From Thermodesulfobacteriota bacterium (GTDB taxonomy: Bacteria; Desulfobacterota; Anaeroferrophillalia; Anaeroferrophillales; Tharpellaceae): a DNA stretch of 64,000 nt. The DNA lies in contig JANTFH010000006.1 in assembly GCA_024763535.1 (NCBI GenBank), forward strand, positions 7,438 through 71,437, given 5' to 3'. A model generated the notes under the pieces. That model was given only the letters and a program-made list of their open reading frames with translations. It searched no databases and was not told the DNA's origin. Shown here in pieces: positions 39,931-49,864 of the stretch. The position numbers and the translations under genes were made by a program. Within the stretch, counting starts at the first letter, position 1, and the number at the start of each line of letters is the position of its first letter.

Positions 39931-42024
39931 TCAGCTTTCCTCTTTTTCCAATTTGGCCGCTTCAACAATCTTGGCGGTCAGATGACTGGGGACCTCCTCA
40001 TAGTGAGAAAATTCCATCGTAAACATCCCTCGCCCCCCGGTCATCGAACGCAGATCCGGAGCATACTTCAAAACCTCAGACATCGGCACATGAGCTTTAA
40101 TCAATTGGCTGTTGGCCATCGGTTCGACCCCATTGACCTTGCCCCGACGACTGTTAAGATCACCGATAACGTCACCCATATAGTCGTTGGGAACATTGAT
40201 ATCCATCAGCATTATCGGCTCTAAGAGGGTCGGTTTGGCATCAATCACACCCTTTTTGAACGCCATCGACCCGGCGATCTTGAAAGCCATCTCGGAGGAG
40301 TCGACGGAGTGGTAAGAACCGTCGTACAAGGTCACCTTGACATCAACCACCGGATAGCCGGCTAAAACTCCTCCGGCCATCGCCTCCTGCACCCCTTTTT
40401 CAACGGCAGGAATATATTGACGCGGAACAACTCCACCGACGATACTGTTGACGAATTCAAATCCGCCGCCCTTGGGCAGAGGTTCAATCTTCAGCCAGAC
40501 ATCACCGAACTGACCCCGGCCGCCGGACTGTTTTTTATGGCGGCCCTGCAGTGAAACCGACTTCTTGATGGTCTCTTTATAGGGTACTTTAGGGGCATCG
40601 AGCTCAACATCAACCCCGAATTTACGTTTAATCCGATCGACGGTCACCTCAACATGAACCTGCCCCATGCCGGAAACCACCAGTTCCTTGGTCTGCTCAT
40701 TACGGCTGATGTGAATCGTCTGGTCTTCCGCCATCAAGCGCTGGAGAGCACTGCCGAGTTTCTCTTCATCACCCTTGCTCTTGGGCCGGAGAGAGAAAGA
40801 GATTACCGGTGACGGGAGGTTGAAACCCTTCAACTTAACCGGACATTTTTCGTCACAGAGGGTATCCCAGGTTGTAGTCTCCTTCAACTTGGCTACGGCG
40901 ACGATATCTCCGGGCACGCATTTGTCAATCGGAACCTGTTTATTACCTTCAAGCTTCAGAAGTTGACCGATACGCTCCTTGCGGTCTTTGGTACTGTTGT
41001 AACAGGTGGAATCCGAAGTCAGGGTACCGCCATAAACGCGGAAGATCGAAAGCTGACCGGTAAAGGGGTCGGAAATGGTCTTAAAAACCAGGGCCGAAAA
41101 AGGTGCGTCGACATCGGCTTTAAGTTCATACTCTTCACCCTCGGCCAGGTTTTCGGCAAACTGGGCCGGCCGCTCAAGCGGTGAAGGAAGACATTCACAC
41201 ATAATATCCATCAACGGCTGAATACCGATATTTTTAAGCGCCGAGCCGCAAACCACCGGCACGAATTTACCGGTCATGCAGCCCTCACGGGTAGCCCGGC
41301 GAATATCATCGACCGAGACTTCTTCTCCACCCAGATACTTTTCCATCAGATCATCATCAGCCTCGACGGCCCGTTCAATCATCGCCTCACGGGCCTCTTC
41401 CGCCTCAGCCTGCAAATGTTCCGGAATCTCTTCAGTCGTAAACTTGCCACTCTGATCATTACCATAGCGCAGAGCCTTCATCGTCACCAGATCGATAACT
41501 CCGATAAAGTCATCTTCCTTACCGATGGGAAGCTGCAGAACCAGCGGATAGCACTTGAAGGTCGACTCCATCTCACCGACAGCTCGGTTGAAATCGGCCC
41601 GTTCGCGATCAAGTTTACTGATAAAAACAACCTTGGGAACCTCATATTCATCGGCATATTTCCAGACCGCCTCGGTCTGAACCTTGACCCCGGAGATAGC
41701 ACTGACAATCACCACCGCACCTCCGGTTACCCGCAGGCAGGATTTGGTATCAACAATAAAATTGGCATATCCGGGAGTATCAATGATATTAAGATGCTTG
41801 CCCTGCCAGTCACAGTGATGGATGGCACTGCTCAAAGTGATCTTGCGTTTAATCTCCTCGGGCTCGGAATCGAGTACCGAAGTACCGTTATCAACACTGC
41901 CCAAACGTTTGGTGCTGCCACCGTTGAAAAGGATCGCCTCAGCTAAAGATGTTTTGCCGGCTCCGCCGTGGGCAATAATTGCAACATTTCTCAAATTTTC
42001 ACTTGTGTATGACTTCATATTCAA
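39931..42024 (-). CDS. Elongation factor G paralog (EF-G II / fusA2-like)
   Basis: 697 aa. G1 motif AHGGAGKTS (the EF-G II variant). Full set of five EF-G domains. Not in a str-operon context. Confidence 0.85.
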   Translation of the reverse strand: MNMKSYTSENLRNVAIIAHGGAGKTSLAEAILFNGGSTKRLGSVDNGTSVLDSEPEEIKRKITLSSAIHHCDWQGKHLNIIDTPGYANFIVDTKSCLRVTGGAVVIVSAISGVKVQTEAVWKYADEYEVPKVVFISKLDRERADFNRAVGEMESTFKCYPLVLQLPIGKEDDFIGVIDLVTMKALRYGNDQSGKFTTEEIPEHLQAEAEEAREAMIERAVEADDDLMEKYLGGEEVSVDDIRRATREGCMTGKFVPVVCGSALKNIGIQPLMDIMCECLPSPLERPAQFAENLAEGEEYELKADVDAPFSALVFKTISDPFTGQLSIFRVYGGTLTSDSTCYNSTKDRKERIGQLLKLEGNKQVPIDKCVPGDIVAVAKLKETTTWDTLCDEKCPVKLKGFNLPSPVISFSLRPKSKGDEEKLGSALQRLMAEDQTIHISRNEQTKELVVSGMGQVHVEVTVDRIKRKFGVDVELDAPKVPYKETIKKSVSLQGRHKKQSGGRGQFGDVWLKIEPLPKGGGFEFVNSIVGGVVPRQYIPAVEKGVQEAMAGGVLAGYPVVDVKVTLYDGSYHSVDSSEMAFKIAGSMAFKKGVIDAKPTLLEPIMLMDINVPNDYMGDVIGDLNSRRGKVNGVEPMANSQLIKAHVPMSEVLKYAPDLRSMTGGRGMFTMEFSHYEEVPSHLTAKIVEAAKLEKEES

Positions 42025-42421
42025 CTTATCCCTTCGTCAAGAAAACTGGCTGAGGTTAACAGATACCAAGTACTTGTCAGAGCGGCTCCCGGGCCCCCTG
42101 ATTTCGCAAAGTACTAATGCCGATAAACTAAATTCCTACTGTAAATCAGTCTCACTTGTCAAGCCTTTATCTTAAACCTCAGCTTAAATCGACAAAATCA
42201 CCCGACGCCCGGCAACTTAAGGCCGCCGGCAGGATGATAGCTAGGTCACAATCACGCGGGATAATATCCCCGCAGAAAAAAAGAAAACCGGGTTCAAACC
42301 TTGTAATTAAGAGAGAAATGCTATAAGTTGCGCTAAACTGAAATCAGCATATTTTCCCGGGCCGAATCGAGCCGTAGACACAACTGATACGAACTTAATC
42401 TCTCAACCACGGAGCTAACGT

Positions 42422-42721
42422 ATGGATGTAACCAAAGATAACGGGGTGGTAACGATAATTTTGGAGGGTGACTTTACCAGTATCAAACTGAATGACTTCA
42501 GGGATCTGATACAGTTCGAAAGAGACGCCGGCAACAACTTGTTCCGCGTTGATTTACGCAATACGGCAGTTATCGATTCCATGGCAATCGGCTGCCTGGT
42601 GGCAACCTACAACTCGCTGCGCCATAATGAGGGAAACCTCAGACTCATCAATGTTCCGGAAGACATTAAAGAAATTTTACGGGTAATGCATATGGATCGG
42701 ACTCTGGCCGGTGACCAGTAA
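42422..42721 (+). CDS. STAS-domain anti-sigma-factor antagonist (SpoIIAA-like); no partner switch kinase or phosphatase in the window
   Basis: 99 aa. The conserved phosphorylatable Ser in IDSMAIG. STAS fold pattern. Confidence 0.7.
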   Translation: MDVTKDNGVVTIILEGDFTSIKLNDFRDLIQFERDAGNNLFRVDLRNTAVIDSMAIGCLVATYNSLRHNEGNLRLINVPEDIKEILRVMHMDRTLAGDQ

Positions 42722-42926
42722 GGTGCAGGTTACACGAACCCGACACAGGACTTGTTAGAACTGATATAAAGGCGATAATTAAAAAGAGAGTATAAGAGGG
42801 GCCCGGCCCGAGCCCATGGGGCCCTGACCGGAATAGAAAACGAAGAGAGTCAAGCCGCCGGAGCGTACCCGGCAGTTCCGGATCCAGCGGCTTCAGGCGG
42901 CCGTTTAAGCCTGAGCCGCTCCGGCG

Positions 42927-43109
42927 TCAGTCGTTGTAGTAACCGACATATTTCTTCTCGATCCACATGCCGGCAATAACCATCACACCGCCGAAACCTA
43001 TCATGATTGTCGCAATCGTATAAAGGTCGTGAATCAACCACAGGGCAATTCCGCATACCGCAAGAAAAAAACCCAGTACTTCGAGGATCGGAATAATAAT
43101 TCTATTCAT
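42927..43109 (-). CDS. Small two-TM membrane protein (60 aa) immediately downstream of ccdA
   Basis: Hydrophobic ORF 27 nt after the ccdA stop. No known family recognised. Confidence 0.35.
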   Translation of the reverse strand: MNRIIIPILEVLGFFLAVCGIALWLIHDLYTIATIMIGFGGVMVIAGMWIEKKYVGYYND

Positions 43110-43135
43110 AAACTATGCAACCTTTCTGCAGATTT

Positions 43136-43870
43136 TCAGCCGGTTTGCGGCAGCCACATATTCAAATACTGTGAGAGGACGGAAAGATAGTCAAACACTA
43201 ATAAAAAGCCGATTATAATCAGAAATATACCACTGACTATACTGACGATTCTCAGGTAACGGCTGAACTTGGAAAAGTAGGTTAAAAAGCTGTTGAAAGC
43301 CAGGGCCGAGAGCAGAAACGGCACCCCCAGACCGAGGGAATAGGCCACCAGCAGGATAATCCCGCCGCCGACATTATCGGAGGTACTGGCATAAAGCAGA
43401 ATACTTGCCAGGATCGGGCCGATGCAGGGTGTCCAGCCGGCCGCGAAAGCAATCCCCACAAGCACTGAGCCTAAATATCCAATCGGTTTATCATTGAATT
43501 CAAAACGTTTCTCATGCTCCAATAATTTTAACTTGACGACCCCGGTAATATGGATCCCGAGGAGGATGACAATGACCCCACCGACCCGGCGAATCAGCAC
43601 CTGATTCTCCTGAAAGAAGGCTCCGACATAGGTCGCTGAAGCCCCTAAGGCAACAAAAACGAGAGTGAATCCCAGGATAAAAAAGAGCGAGTGAAAAAGA
43701 GTGCGGCGCCGCACCGACTGACTCCGGTTATCAACCAGTTCATCGAATGAGATACCGGTAATATAGGTCAGGTATGAAGGAATAAGCGGCAGCACACAGG
43801 GAGAGATAAAGGAGAATATCCCGGCCATAAAAGCGATCAGCAGAGATACATGCGAGGTTGATGATTCCAT
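43136..43870 (-). CDS. ccdA: Cytochrome c-type biogenesis protein CcdA (DsbD transmembrane-domain family)
   Basis: 244 aa. FISPCVLPLIPSYL and second Cys motif GWTPCIGP. Confidence 0.8.
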   Translation of the reverse strand: MESSTSHVSLLIAFMAGIFSFISPCVLPLIPSYLTYITGISFDELVDNRSQSVRRRTLFHSLFFILGFTLVFVALGASATYVGAFFQENQVLIRRVGGVIVILLGIHITGVVKLKLLEHEKRFEFNDKPIGYLGSVLVGIAFAAGWTPCIGPILASILLYASTSDNVGGGIILLVAYSLGLGVPFLLSALAFNSFLTYFSKFSRYLRIVSIVSGIFLIIIGFLLVFDYLSVLSQYLNMWLPQTG

Positions 43871-43982
43871 AGATAATAGTTTCTTAAAGCAGAGGTTAGA
43901 TCAGGCTTGCGACAATAATTAGCGAAAACCAAATAGTTTAGGATACCTTAAAAAAAATTGCCTTTCTTTACGATTACGGACT

Positions 43983-44000
43983 TTATAAGTCGACTTATAA
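43983..44000. promoter_or_regulatory. Perfect 18-bp palindrome TTATAAGTCGACTTATAA, overlapping the aroB stop and about 110 nt upstream of ccdA
   Basis: Seen directly; it is its own reverse complement. Confidence 0.3.
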
Positions 44001-45107
44001 CTCTAATTGCGACTTTTTACACCTTTCCAGAACCGCTTTCAACATCAGGGGATCCAGGGCCTTTTCCAGATGAGGATCTCCCAAACCGTGCAGCAGCACC
44101 ATAGACAAACTCTCTTCCGCCTTTTTATCCCGCTGCATCAGCTCAATCAACTGTCCGACATCAACCTCTTCCGGGATCACTGTCGGCAACCCGAAGTCCT
44201 TGAACAACTGCAGGGCCCGCTGCAAAACGGCATCGGACATCAGTTTCAATTCATGGGCAAGCACCATTGATGCCACGGTACCGATGGCCACCGCTTCACC
44301 GTGAATAAAACGCTTATAGGCGAATATTTTTTCCAGAGCGTGGCCGACGGTATGCCCCAGATTCAGGGCCGCGCGGACTCCTAAGCGGTCAAACTCATCC
44401 CGCACCACATAATCAGCTTTAATCCGGCTGCAGAAATGAATCATCGTAGCCAGGCTCCGGGGTTCCCGGGCCAAGATCTCTTTCCGGTTCATCTCCAGAA
44501 AAGAGACAAAATCGTCACCGGCCAGCAAACCGTATTTCAGCACTTCACCGAGACCGCTGAGAACATCCCGTTCCGACAGGGTGGAGATAAAATCAACATC
44601 GGAGATTACCACCCGGGGTTGATAGGTCGTACCGACAAGATTCTTGCCGGCTCCCATATTGACCCCGTTCTTGCCGCCGATGGCGCTGTCAACCTGAGCC
44701 AGTATAGTAGTCGGAATCTGCAGCAGATCAACCCCGCGCATATAAGTGGCGGCGGCATAACCGGCCAGATCACCGATCACTCCTCCACCCAGAGCGCAGA
44801 TAAACGAATTGCGCTGCAGGCCGGCCTTAAAAATATCCTCATAGAGACGCATCAGGGTCTCATGATTCTTGAACTCTTCTCCGTCCGGCAGGATGATTGC
44901 GGAGCTTAAATAACCGGATTGACGCAGCCACTCCTGCACCTGTTCAAGATAGAGCGGAGCAATGGTCGTATTGGTTACCACAACCCCGCGCTGACCATAC
45001 AGAATCGGCACAAATTCAGTGGCCGTACCGGTTTTGGTCAGACCCGAACCGATATAGACCGGATAACTGCGCGAGGGCAGAGGCACTGTCAGTTTATGAA
45101 AAGTCAT
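43995..45107 (-). CDS. aroB: 3-dehydroquinate synthase
   Basis: 370 aa. NAD-binding GGGVIGDLAGYAAA. Metal-binding His residues. Confidence 0.9.
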   Translation of the reverse strand: MTFHKLTVPLPSRSYPVYIGSGLTKTGTATEFVPILYGQRGVVVTNTTIAPLYLEQVQEWLRQSGYLSSAIILPDGEEFKNHETLMRLYEDIFKAGLQRNSFICALGGGVIGDLAGYAAATYMRGVDLLQIPTTILAQVDSAIGGKNGVNMGAGKNLVGTTYQPRVVISDVDFISTLSERDVLSGLGEVLKYGLLAGDDFVSFLEMNRKEILAREPRSLATMIHFCSRIKADYVVRDEFDRLGVRAALNLGHTVGHALEKIFAYKRFIHGEAVAIGTVASMVLAHELKLMSDAVLQRALQLFKDFGLPTVIPEEVDVGQLIELMQRDKKAEESLSMVLLHGLGDPHLEKALDPLMLKAVLERCKKSQLEL

Positions 45108-45118
45108 TAAAAACCCGT

Positions 45119-45829
45119 TTATAACTCTCCGCAGACCCGGCGGCAGATCTCCTGATAAGCATCTTCAACCTTACCCAGTTCGCGCCGGAAACGGTCCTTG
45201 TCAAGCTTCTCCAGGGTGTTACGATCCCAGAGGCGACAGGTATCGGGACAGATCTCATCCGCCAAAAGCATTTTGCCTTTATGGCTGCCGAACTCCAGCT
45301 TGAAGTCAACCAGAAGAATATCCCGCTCGAGCATATACTCACTTAAAATCCGGTTCACCTTGAGAGCGGTGGCATGGGCACTATCGATCTGTTCGCCACT
45401 GGCAATACCGAAAACCAAAACATGATCACGGTTGATCATGGGATCGTTAAGGGCGTCATCTTTATAGTAGTATTCGATAATCGGATGCTCAAGTTTTCCG
45501 CCTTCACTTTTGCCCATGCGCTTGGCCAGGCTGCCGGCGATATAATTTCTGGCAACAATCTCAACCAGCATGATGTCAACCTTCCAGGCCAGCATCTCAC
45601 GATCGGAGAGTTGTTCGATAAAGTGACTTTCAACCCCGTTTTCGGCCAGCATCTGAAAGAGTTTGGCCGAAACCTTGTTGTTGATAACACCCTTGTCCAT
45701 AATAGAGCCCTTTTTGGCACCATTAAAAGCGGTCGCGTCATCCTTGAAGTAGAGAATATTCTTATCCGGGTCATCAGTTGCGTAAACTATCTTGGCCTTA
45801 CCTTCGTAGAGTTTTTCCTTACGTTCCAT
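45119..45829 (-). CDS. purC: Phosphoribosylaminoimidazole-succinocarboxamide synthase (SAICAR synthetase)
   Basis: Start moved to the ATG at 45829 (MERKEKLYEGKAKIVY...), 237 aa. The tracked N-terminal extension is spurious. Confidence 0.9.
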   Translation of the reverse strand: MERKEKLYEGKAKIVYATDDPDKNILYFKDDATAFNGAKKGSIMDKGVINNKVSAKLFQMLAENGVESHFIEQLSDREMLAWKVDIMLVEIVARNYIAGSLAKRMGKSEGGKLEHPIIEYYYKDDALNDPMINRDHVLVFGIASGEQIDSAHATALKVNRILSEYMLERDILLVDFKLEFGSHKGKMLLADEICPDTCRLWDRNTLEKLDKDRFRRELGKVEDAYQEICRRVCGEL

Positions 45830-45854
45830 AATCGTTCTCCTCTTCTCCTGTCTC

Positions 45855-47150
45855 CTACTTGCCGAAAACCCGGGCAAAAATCGTCGGTACCTGCCGCAGA
45901 TGATGTTCCAGACTAAATTTCTCTTCAATCTCGGCCGCCGACATATATTGGGCCACATCCTTATCTTTCAGCAGATATTCCTTGAAAGAGCCTCCGTCGT
46001 TAAAAGCCTGCATCGCATTACGCTGAACCCAGCGGTAGGCATCCTCACGGGTGGCGCCGGCCCGGGCTAAAGCCAGCAGAATCCCCTGCGAGTAGATTGT
46101 ACCGCCGGTCAATTCAAGATTTTTCATCATTTTTTCGGGATAGACAACCAGTTTTTCCATCATCGAGGCGAAACGGTGGAGCATGAAATCGAGCAGGATC
46201 GTCGCATCGGGCGCGATGACCCGCTCAACCGACGAGTGACTGATATCCCGCTCATGCCATAGTGCCACATTTTCCATCGCCGCCAGCGCGTGGGAACGCA
46301 CCAGGCGGGCCAAACCGCAGAGATTTTCAGACAGAACCGGATTCCGCTTATGCGGCATCGCCGACGAACCCTTCTGCCCGGCATGGAAGAACTCTTCCGC
46401 CTCGCCGACTTCGGTCCTCTGCAGATGTCTGATTTCGGTCGCGAATTTCTCGATTGAAGCGGCAATCAGGGCCAGTGTCGTAAAGAAGAAGGCGTGCCGG
46501 TCACGCTGAACGATCTGGCTTGAGGCCGGCGCCGGCTGCAGACCGAGAACTGAGCAGACTGACTCTTCGATCTCCGGCTCAATATTGGCAAAGGTTCCGA
46601 CCGCACCTGAAATCTTGCCCACTGAGATATCCTTAACCGCGGCTTCCAGGCGCCGTTTCTGCCGGGCCATCTCATCATACCAGATAGCAAATTTGAGCCC
46701 AACCGTAACCGGTTCGGCATGAATTCCGTGAGAACGGCCGATCATCGGACACTCTTTCAGTTCAAAGGCCCGTCGTTTAAGCTCTGCCAGAACCAGATCG
46801 AGGCCTTCAAGCAGCATCGTACCCGCCTCTTTTAGCTGCAGGGCCAGAGCCGTATCGAGGACATCCGATGAGGTCATCCCCAGATGAATATAGCGGGATG
46901 CGGGGCCGACATGCTCGGACACCGAAGTCAGAAAAGCGATCACGTCATGACGAACTTCAGCCTCAATCTCATTAATCCGGGCAATATCAAAACCCGCTTT
47001 ATCACGAATCTCCGCCCAGTCGGCTGCCGGAATTTCACCTCGTTCAGTATAGACCTCACAAACCGCCAGTTCAACCTTAAGCCAGCTTCTGAATTTATTC
47101 TCTTCACTCCAGACCTGACTCATGGCCGGACGTGAGTAACGCTCAATCAT
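45855..47150 (-). CDS. purB: Adenylosuccinate lyase
   Basis: 431 aa. Fumarate-lyase signature GSSAMPHKRNP. Confidence 0.9.
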   Translation of the reverse strand: MIERYSRPAMSQVWSEENKFRSWLKVELAVCEVYTERGEIPAADWAEIRDKAGFDIARINEIEAEVRHDVIAFLTSVSEHVGPASRYIHLGMTSSDVLDTALALQLKEAGTMLLEGLDLVLAELKRRAFELKECPMIGRSHGIHAEPVTVGLKFAIWYDEMARQKRRLEAAVKDISVGKISGAVGTFANIEPEIEESVCSVLGLQPAPASSQIVQRDRHAFFFTTLALIAASIEKFATEIRHLQRTEVGEAEEFFHAGQKGSSAMPHKRNPVLSENLCGLARLVRSHALAAMENVALWHERDISHSSVERVIAPDATILLDFMLHRFASMMEKLVVYPEKMMKNLELTGGTIYSQGILLALARAGATREDAYRWVQRNAMQAFNDGGSFKEYLLKDKDVAQYMSAAEIEEKFSLEHHLRQVPTIFARVFGK

Positions 47151-47280
47151 AACAATTTATTCCGTTTTAAGTTGAAATTAAAAAATCCATAAGGAGCCGG
47201 GTCATCTGAGCTCCGGGTTATCGACGAAACGTTAGACATATCATTTCCAGATAACTATTGTCAAGATTTAAGCTTACGAC

Positions 47281-49821
47281 TCAGGAAAAATCGAGATATT
47301 TATAGATCTCAGCCTCTCTCTCTGCAGTCAGCTTCCGCTCTACCACTTCACGGTACTCGGCCAACGTCGGCAGGCGCCCGTAAAGAGCGGTTACGGCAGC
47401 CAGTTCAGCCGAACCGAGATAGACCTGAGCCCCGGCCCCGAGCCGGTTGTCGAAATTTCGGGTCGAGGTCGAAAAGACCGCCGCACCGTCCGCGACCCGG
47501 GCCTGGTTACCCATGCAGAGGCTGCAGCCGGGAATCTCTATCCGGGCCCCGGCCTGAACGAAAAGCGCATAATATCCCTCACTTTTCAGCTGTTCGGCAT
47601 CCATCTTCGTGGGCGGCGTCAACCACAACTGAGCCGGAGCCCGGCCCTCACCTTTAAGAATTTCACCAACCGCGCGGAAATGACCGATATTGGTCATACA
47701 GCTGCCGATGAAAACATCATCAATCTGTTTCAGCCGGCGCTCATCGGCCAGGATATCACTCAAGGTCGCGACATCGTCGGGATCGTTGGGGCAAGCCAGA
47801 ATCGGCTCTTTAATCGCCCCCATATCGATATCCAGCACTGCCGCATAAGCGGCATCACTATCAGCCCGCAGCAGTTCGGGATGAGCCAGCCATTCGCGCA
47901 TCTTCCGGGCCCGGCGCTGCAGGGTCGCAGAATCCTGATAACCGGCGGCTACCAAGTTGTCGATCAGAGCCGCATTCGAGGTTAAAAACTCACGCACCGG
48001 CTCAACCCCGAGTTGCACCGTGCAGGCAGCGGCGCTGCGCTCGGCCGAGGCGTCGGAGAGTTCGAAAGCCTGTTCACAGGTAAGCTCTTCGAGCCCCTGG
48101 ATTTCGAGAATACGGCCGGCAAAAATATTCTTTTTCCCCTCTTTGGCAACCGTCAGCAGGTCCGCTTCAATCGCTTTAAGAGGAATCGCATTGACCAGAT
48201 CGCGCAGCGTAATTCCGGGTCGACGCCGGCCCGAGAAACGCACCAGCACACTCTCCGGCATATCGAGCGGCATCGAGCCGGCAACCGCGGCAAAGGCGAC
48301 CAATCCGGAGCCTGCGGGAAAAGATATTCCCAACGGAAAACGGGTATGTGAATCAGCCCCGGTACCAACGGTATCGGGCAGCAGCAGACGATTAAGCCAG
48401 GAGTGGATGACGCCGTCTCCGGGAGCCAGCGAGACTCCGGAACGCTCTGTAATAAAGCCCGGCAGACTCCGGTGCATCGCCACATCAACCGGCTTGGGAT
48501 AGGCGGCCGTATGACAGAAAGACTGAAGTACCAGATCGGCGGAAAAATGGAGCGCCGCCAGTTCTTTAATCTCATCTTTGGTCATGGGCCCGGTGGTATC
48601 CTGGCTGCCGACAGTGGTCACTTCGGGCTCGATATACATCCCCGGCTTAACTCCGTCCCGGCCGCAGGCCCGGCCGACAATCTTCTGGGCCAGGCTGTAA
48701 CCACCGCCTGAAACTTCCGGCTGCACCGGTTCCACAAAGATGCCGCCGTCTTCTTCAAGGCCCAGAACCTGGCGGGCATTGCGGGTCAACTCCCGGCCGA
48801 TCAGCAGCGGGATTCTGCCGCCGGCGCGAAATTCATCCGCCAGGGTTTCCGGCTGCAGCTTGAAACGGCTTACCACCCGGCCCTCTTTCTCAATCACCCC
48901 GGCATACGGTTTTACCGTAATCACATCACCATGGGCCAGATTTTCCACCGGGGCGATCAGCGGCAGAGCTCCTGAATCCTGAGCCGTATTGAAAAAAATC
49001 GGGGCGATAATGCCACCGATAACGACCCCGCCCCCCCGTTTATTGGGGACCCCGACGAGATCGCTGCCGAAGTGCCACTGAATCGAGTTAATCGCCGATT
49101 TACGGCTGCTGCCGGTGCCGACAACATCGCCGACATAAACCAGCGGATGGCCCTTGCCGCGTAAACCCTCCAACTCTGCCAGAGGATCCTGCAGACGGGC
49201 CGCCAGCAGGGCCTGGGCATGGAGCGGGATATCACTGCGGCTGGAAGCTTCGGAGGCCGGGGAGAGGTCATCGGTATTGGTCTCACCGGGAACCTTGAAG
49301 ACGGTTAGAACCAGCTCTTCCGGCAATACCGGGCGGCGTTTGAACCAGTTGCCTGAAGCCCATGATTCGAGCAGTTTCCGGGCCCCTGCATGACCGGCCG
49401 CAAATTTATCGACGACATCCGCAAAAGCATCGTAGATCAACAGAGTATTTTCCAGGCTCAGGATAGCAGCTTCAGCAACTTCGCTGCGGTCATTCTCCAT
49501 CGCCTCAAGCAGCGGGGCGATATTATAGCCGCCACGCATCTCTCCCAGCCAGGCGACCGCCTGTACAGGTTCAATTCCAACACTATTTATCCGGCCGCTG
49601 ATAACTTCGGCCAGGAAACCGGCCTTAATCCGGGCCCCGTCATCAACCCCGGGGTTGACCCACTCCCGCAGCAGATAGAGCATATAATCCCGCTCTTTGT
49701 CTTCAGCTGACTGCAGCTGCGCAATAACCGCCTTAACCTCGGCTGCCTGCAGCGGCAGAGGCGGAATACCCGCCGCCTGCCTGGCCGCTGCCATTTTTTC
49801 ATACTCCTGCAAAATTTCCAT
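47281..49821 (-). CDS. acnB: Aconitate hydratase B (bifunctional aconitase 2 / 2-methylisocitrate dehydratase)
   Basis: 846 aa. N-terminal AcnB HEAT-like domain. Swivel domain. Fe-S Cys ligands (CSLCMGN). Confidence 0.9.
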   Translation of the reverse strand: MEILQEYEKMAAARQAAGIPPLPLQAAEVKAVIAQLQSAEDKERDYMLYLLREWVNPGVDDGARIKAGFLAEVISGRINSVGIEPVQAVAWLGEMRGGYNIAPLLEAMENDRSEVAEAAILSLENTLLIYDAFADVVDKFAAGHAGARKLLESWASGNWFKRRPVLPEELVLTVFKVPGETNTDDLSPASEASSRSDIPLHAQALLAARLQDPLAELEGLRGKGHPLVYVGDVVGTGSSRKSAINSIQWHFGSDLVGVPNKRGGGVVIGGIIAPIFFNTAQDSGALPLIAPVENLAHGDVITVKPYAGVIEKEGRVVSRFKLQPETLADEFRAGGRIPLLIGRELTRNARQVLGLEEDGGIFVEPVQPEVSGGGYSLAQKIVGRACGRDGVKPGMYIEPEVTTVGSQDTTGPMTKDEIKELAALHFSADLVLQSFCHTAAYPKPVDVAMHRSLPGFITERSGVSLAPGDGVIHSWLNRLLLPDTVGTGADSHTRFPLGISFPAGSGLVAFAAVAGSMPLDMPESVLVRFSGRRRPGITLRDLVNAIPLKAIEADLLTVAKEGKKNIFAGRILEIQGLEELTCEQAFELSDASAERSAAACTVQLGVEPVREFLTSNAALIDNLVAAGYQDSATLQRRARKMREWLAHPELLRADSDAAYAAVLDIDMGAIKEPILACPNDPDDVATLSDILADERRLKQIDDVFIGSCMTNIGHFRAVGEILKGEGRAPAQLWLTPPTKMDAEQLKSEGYYALFVQAGARIEIPGCSLCMGNQARVADGAAVFSTSTRNFDNRLGAGAQVYLGSAELAAVTALYGRLPTLAEYREVVERKLTAEREAEIYKYLDFS

Positions 49822-49864
49822 GTTTTACGATCAACTCCCTGCCGGCACCGATACCCGGGCCGAC

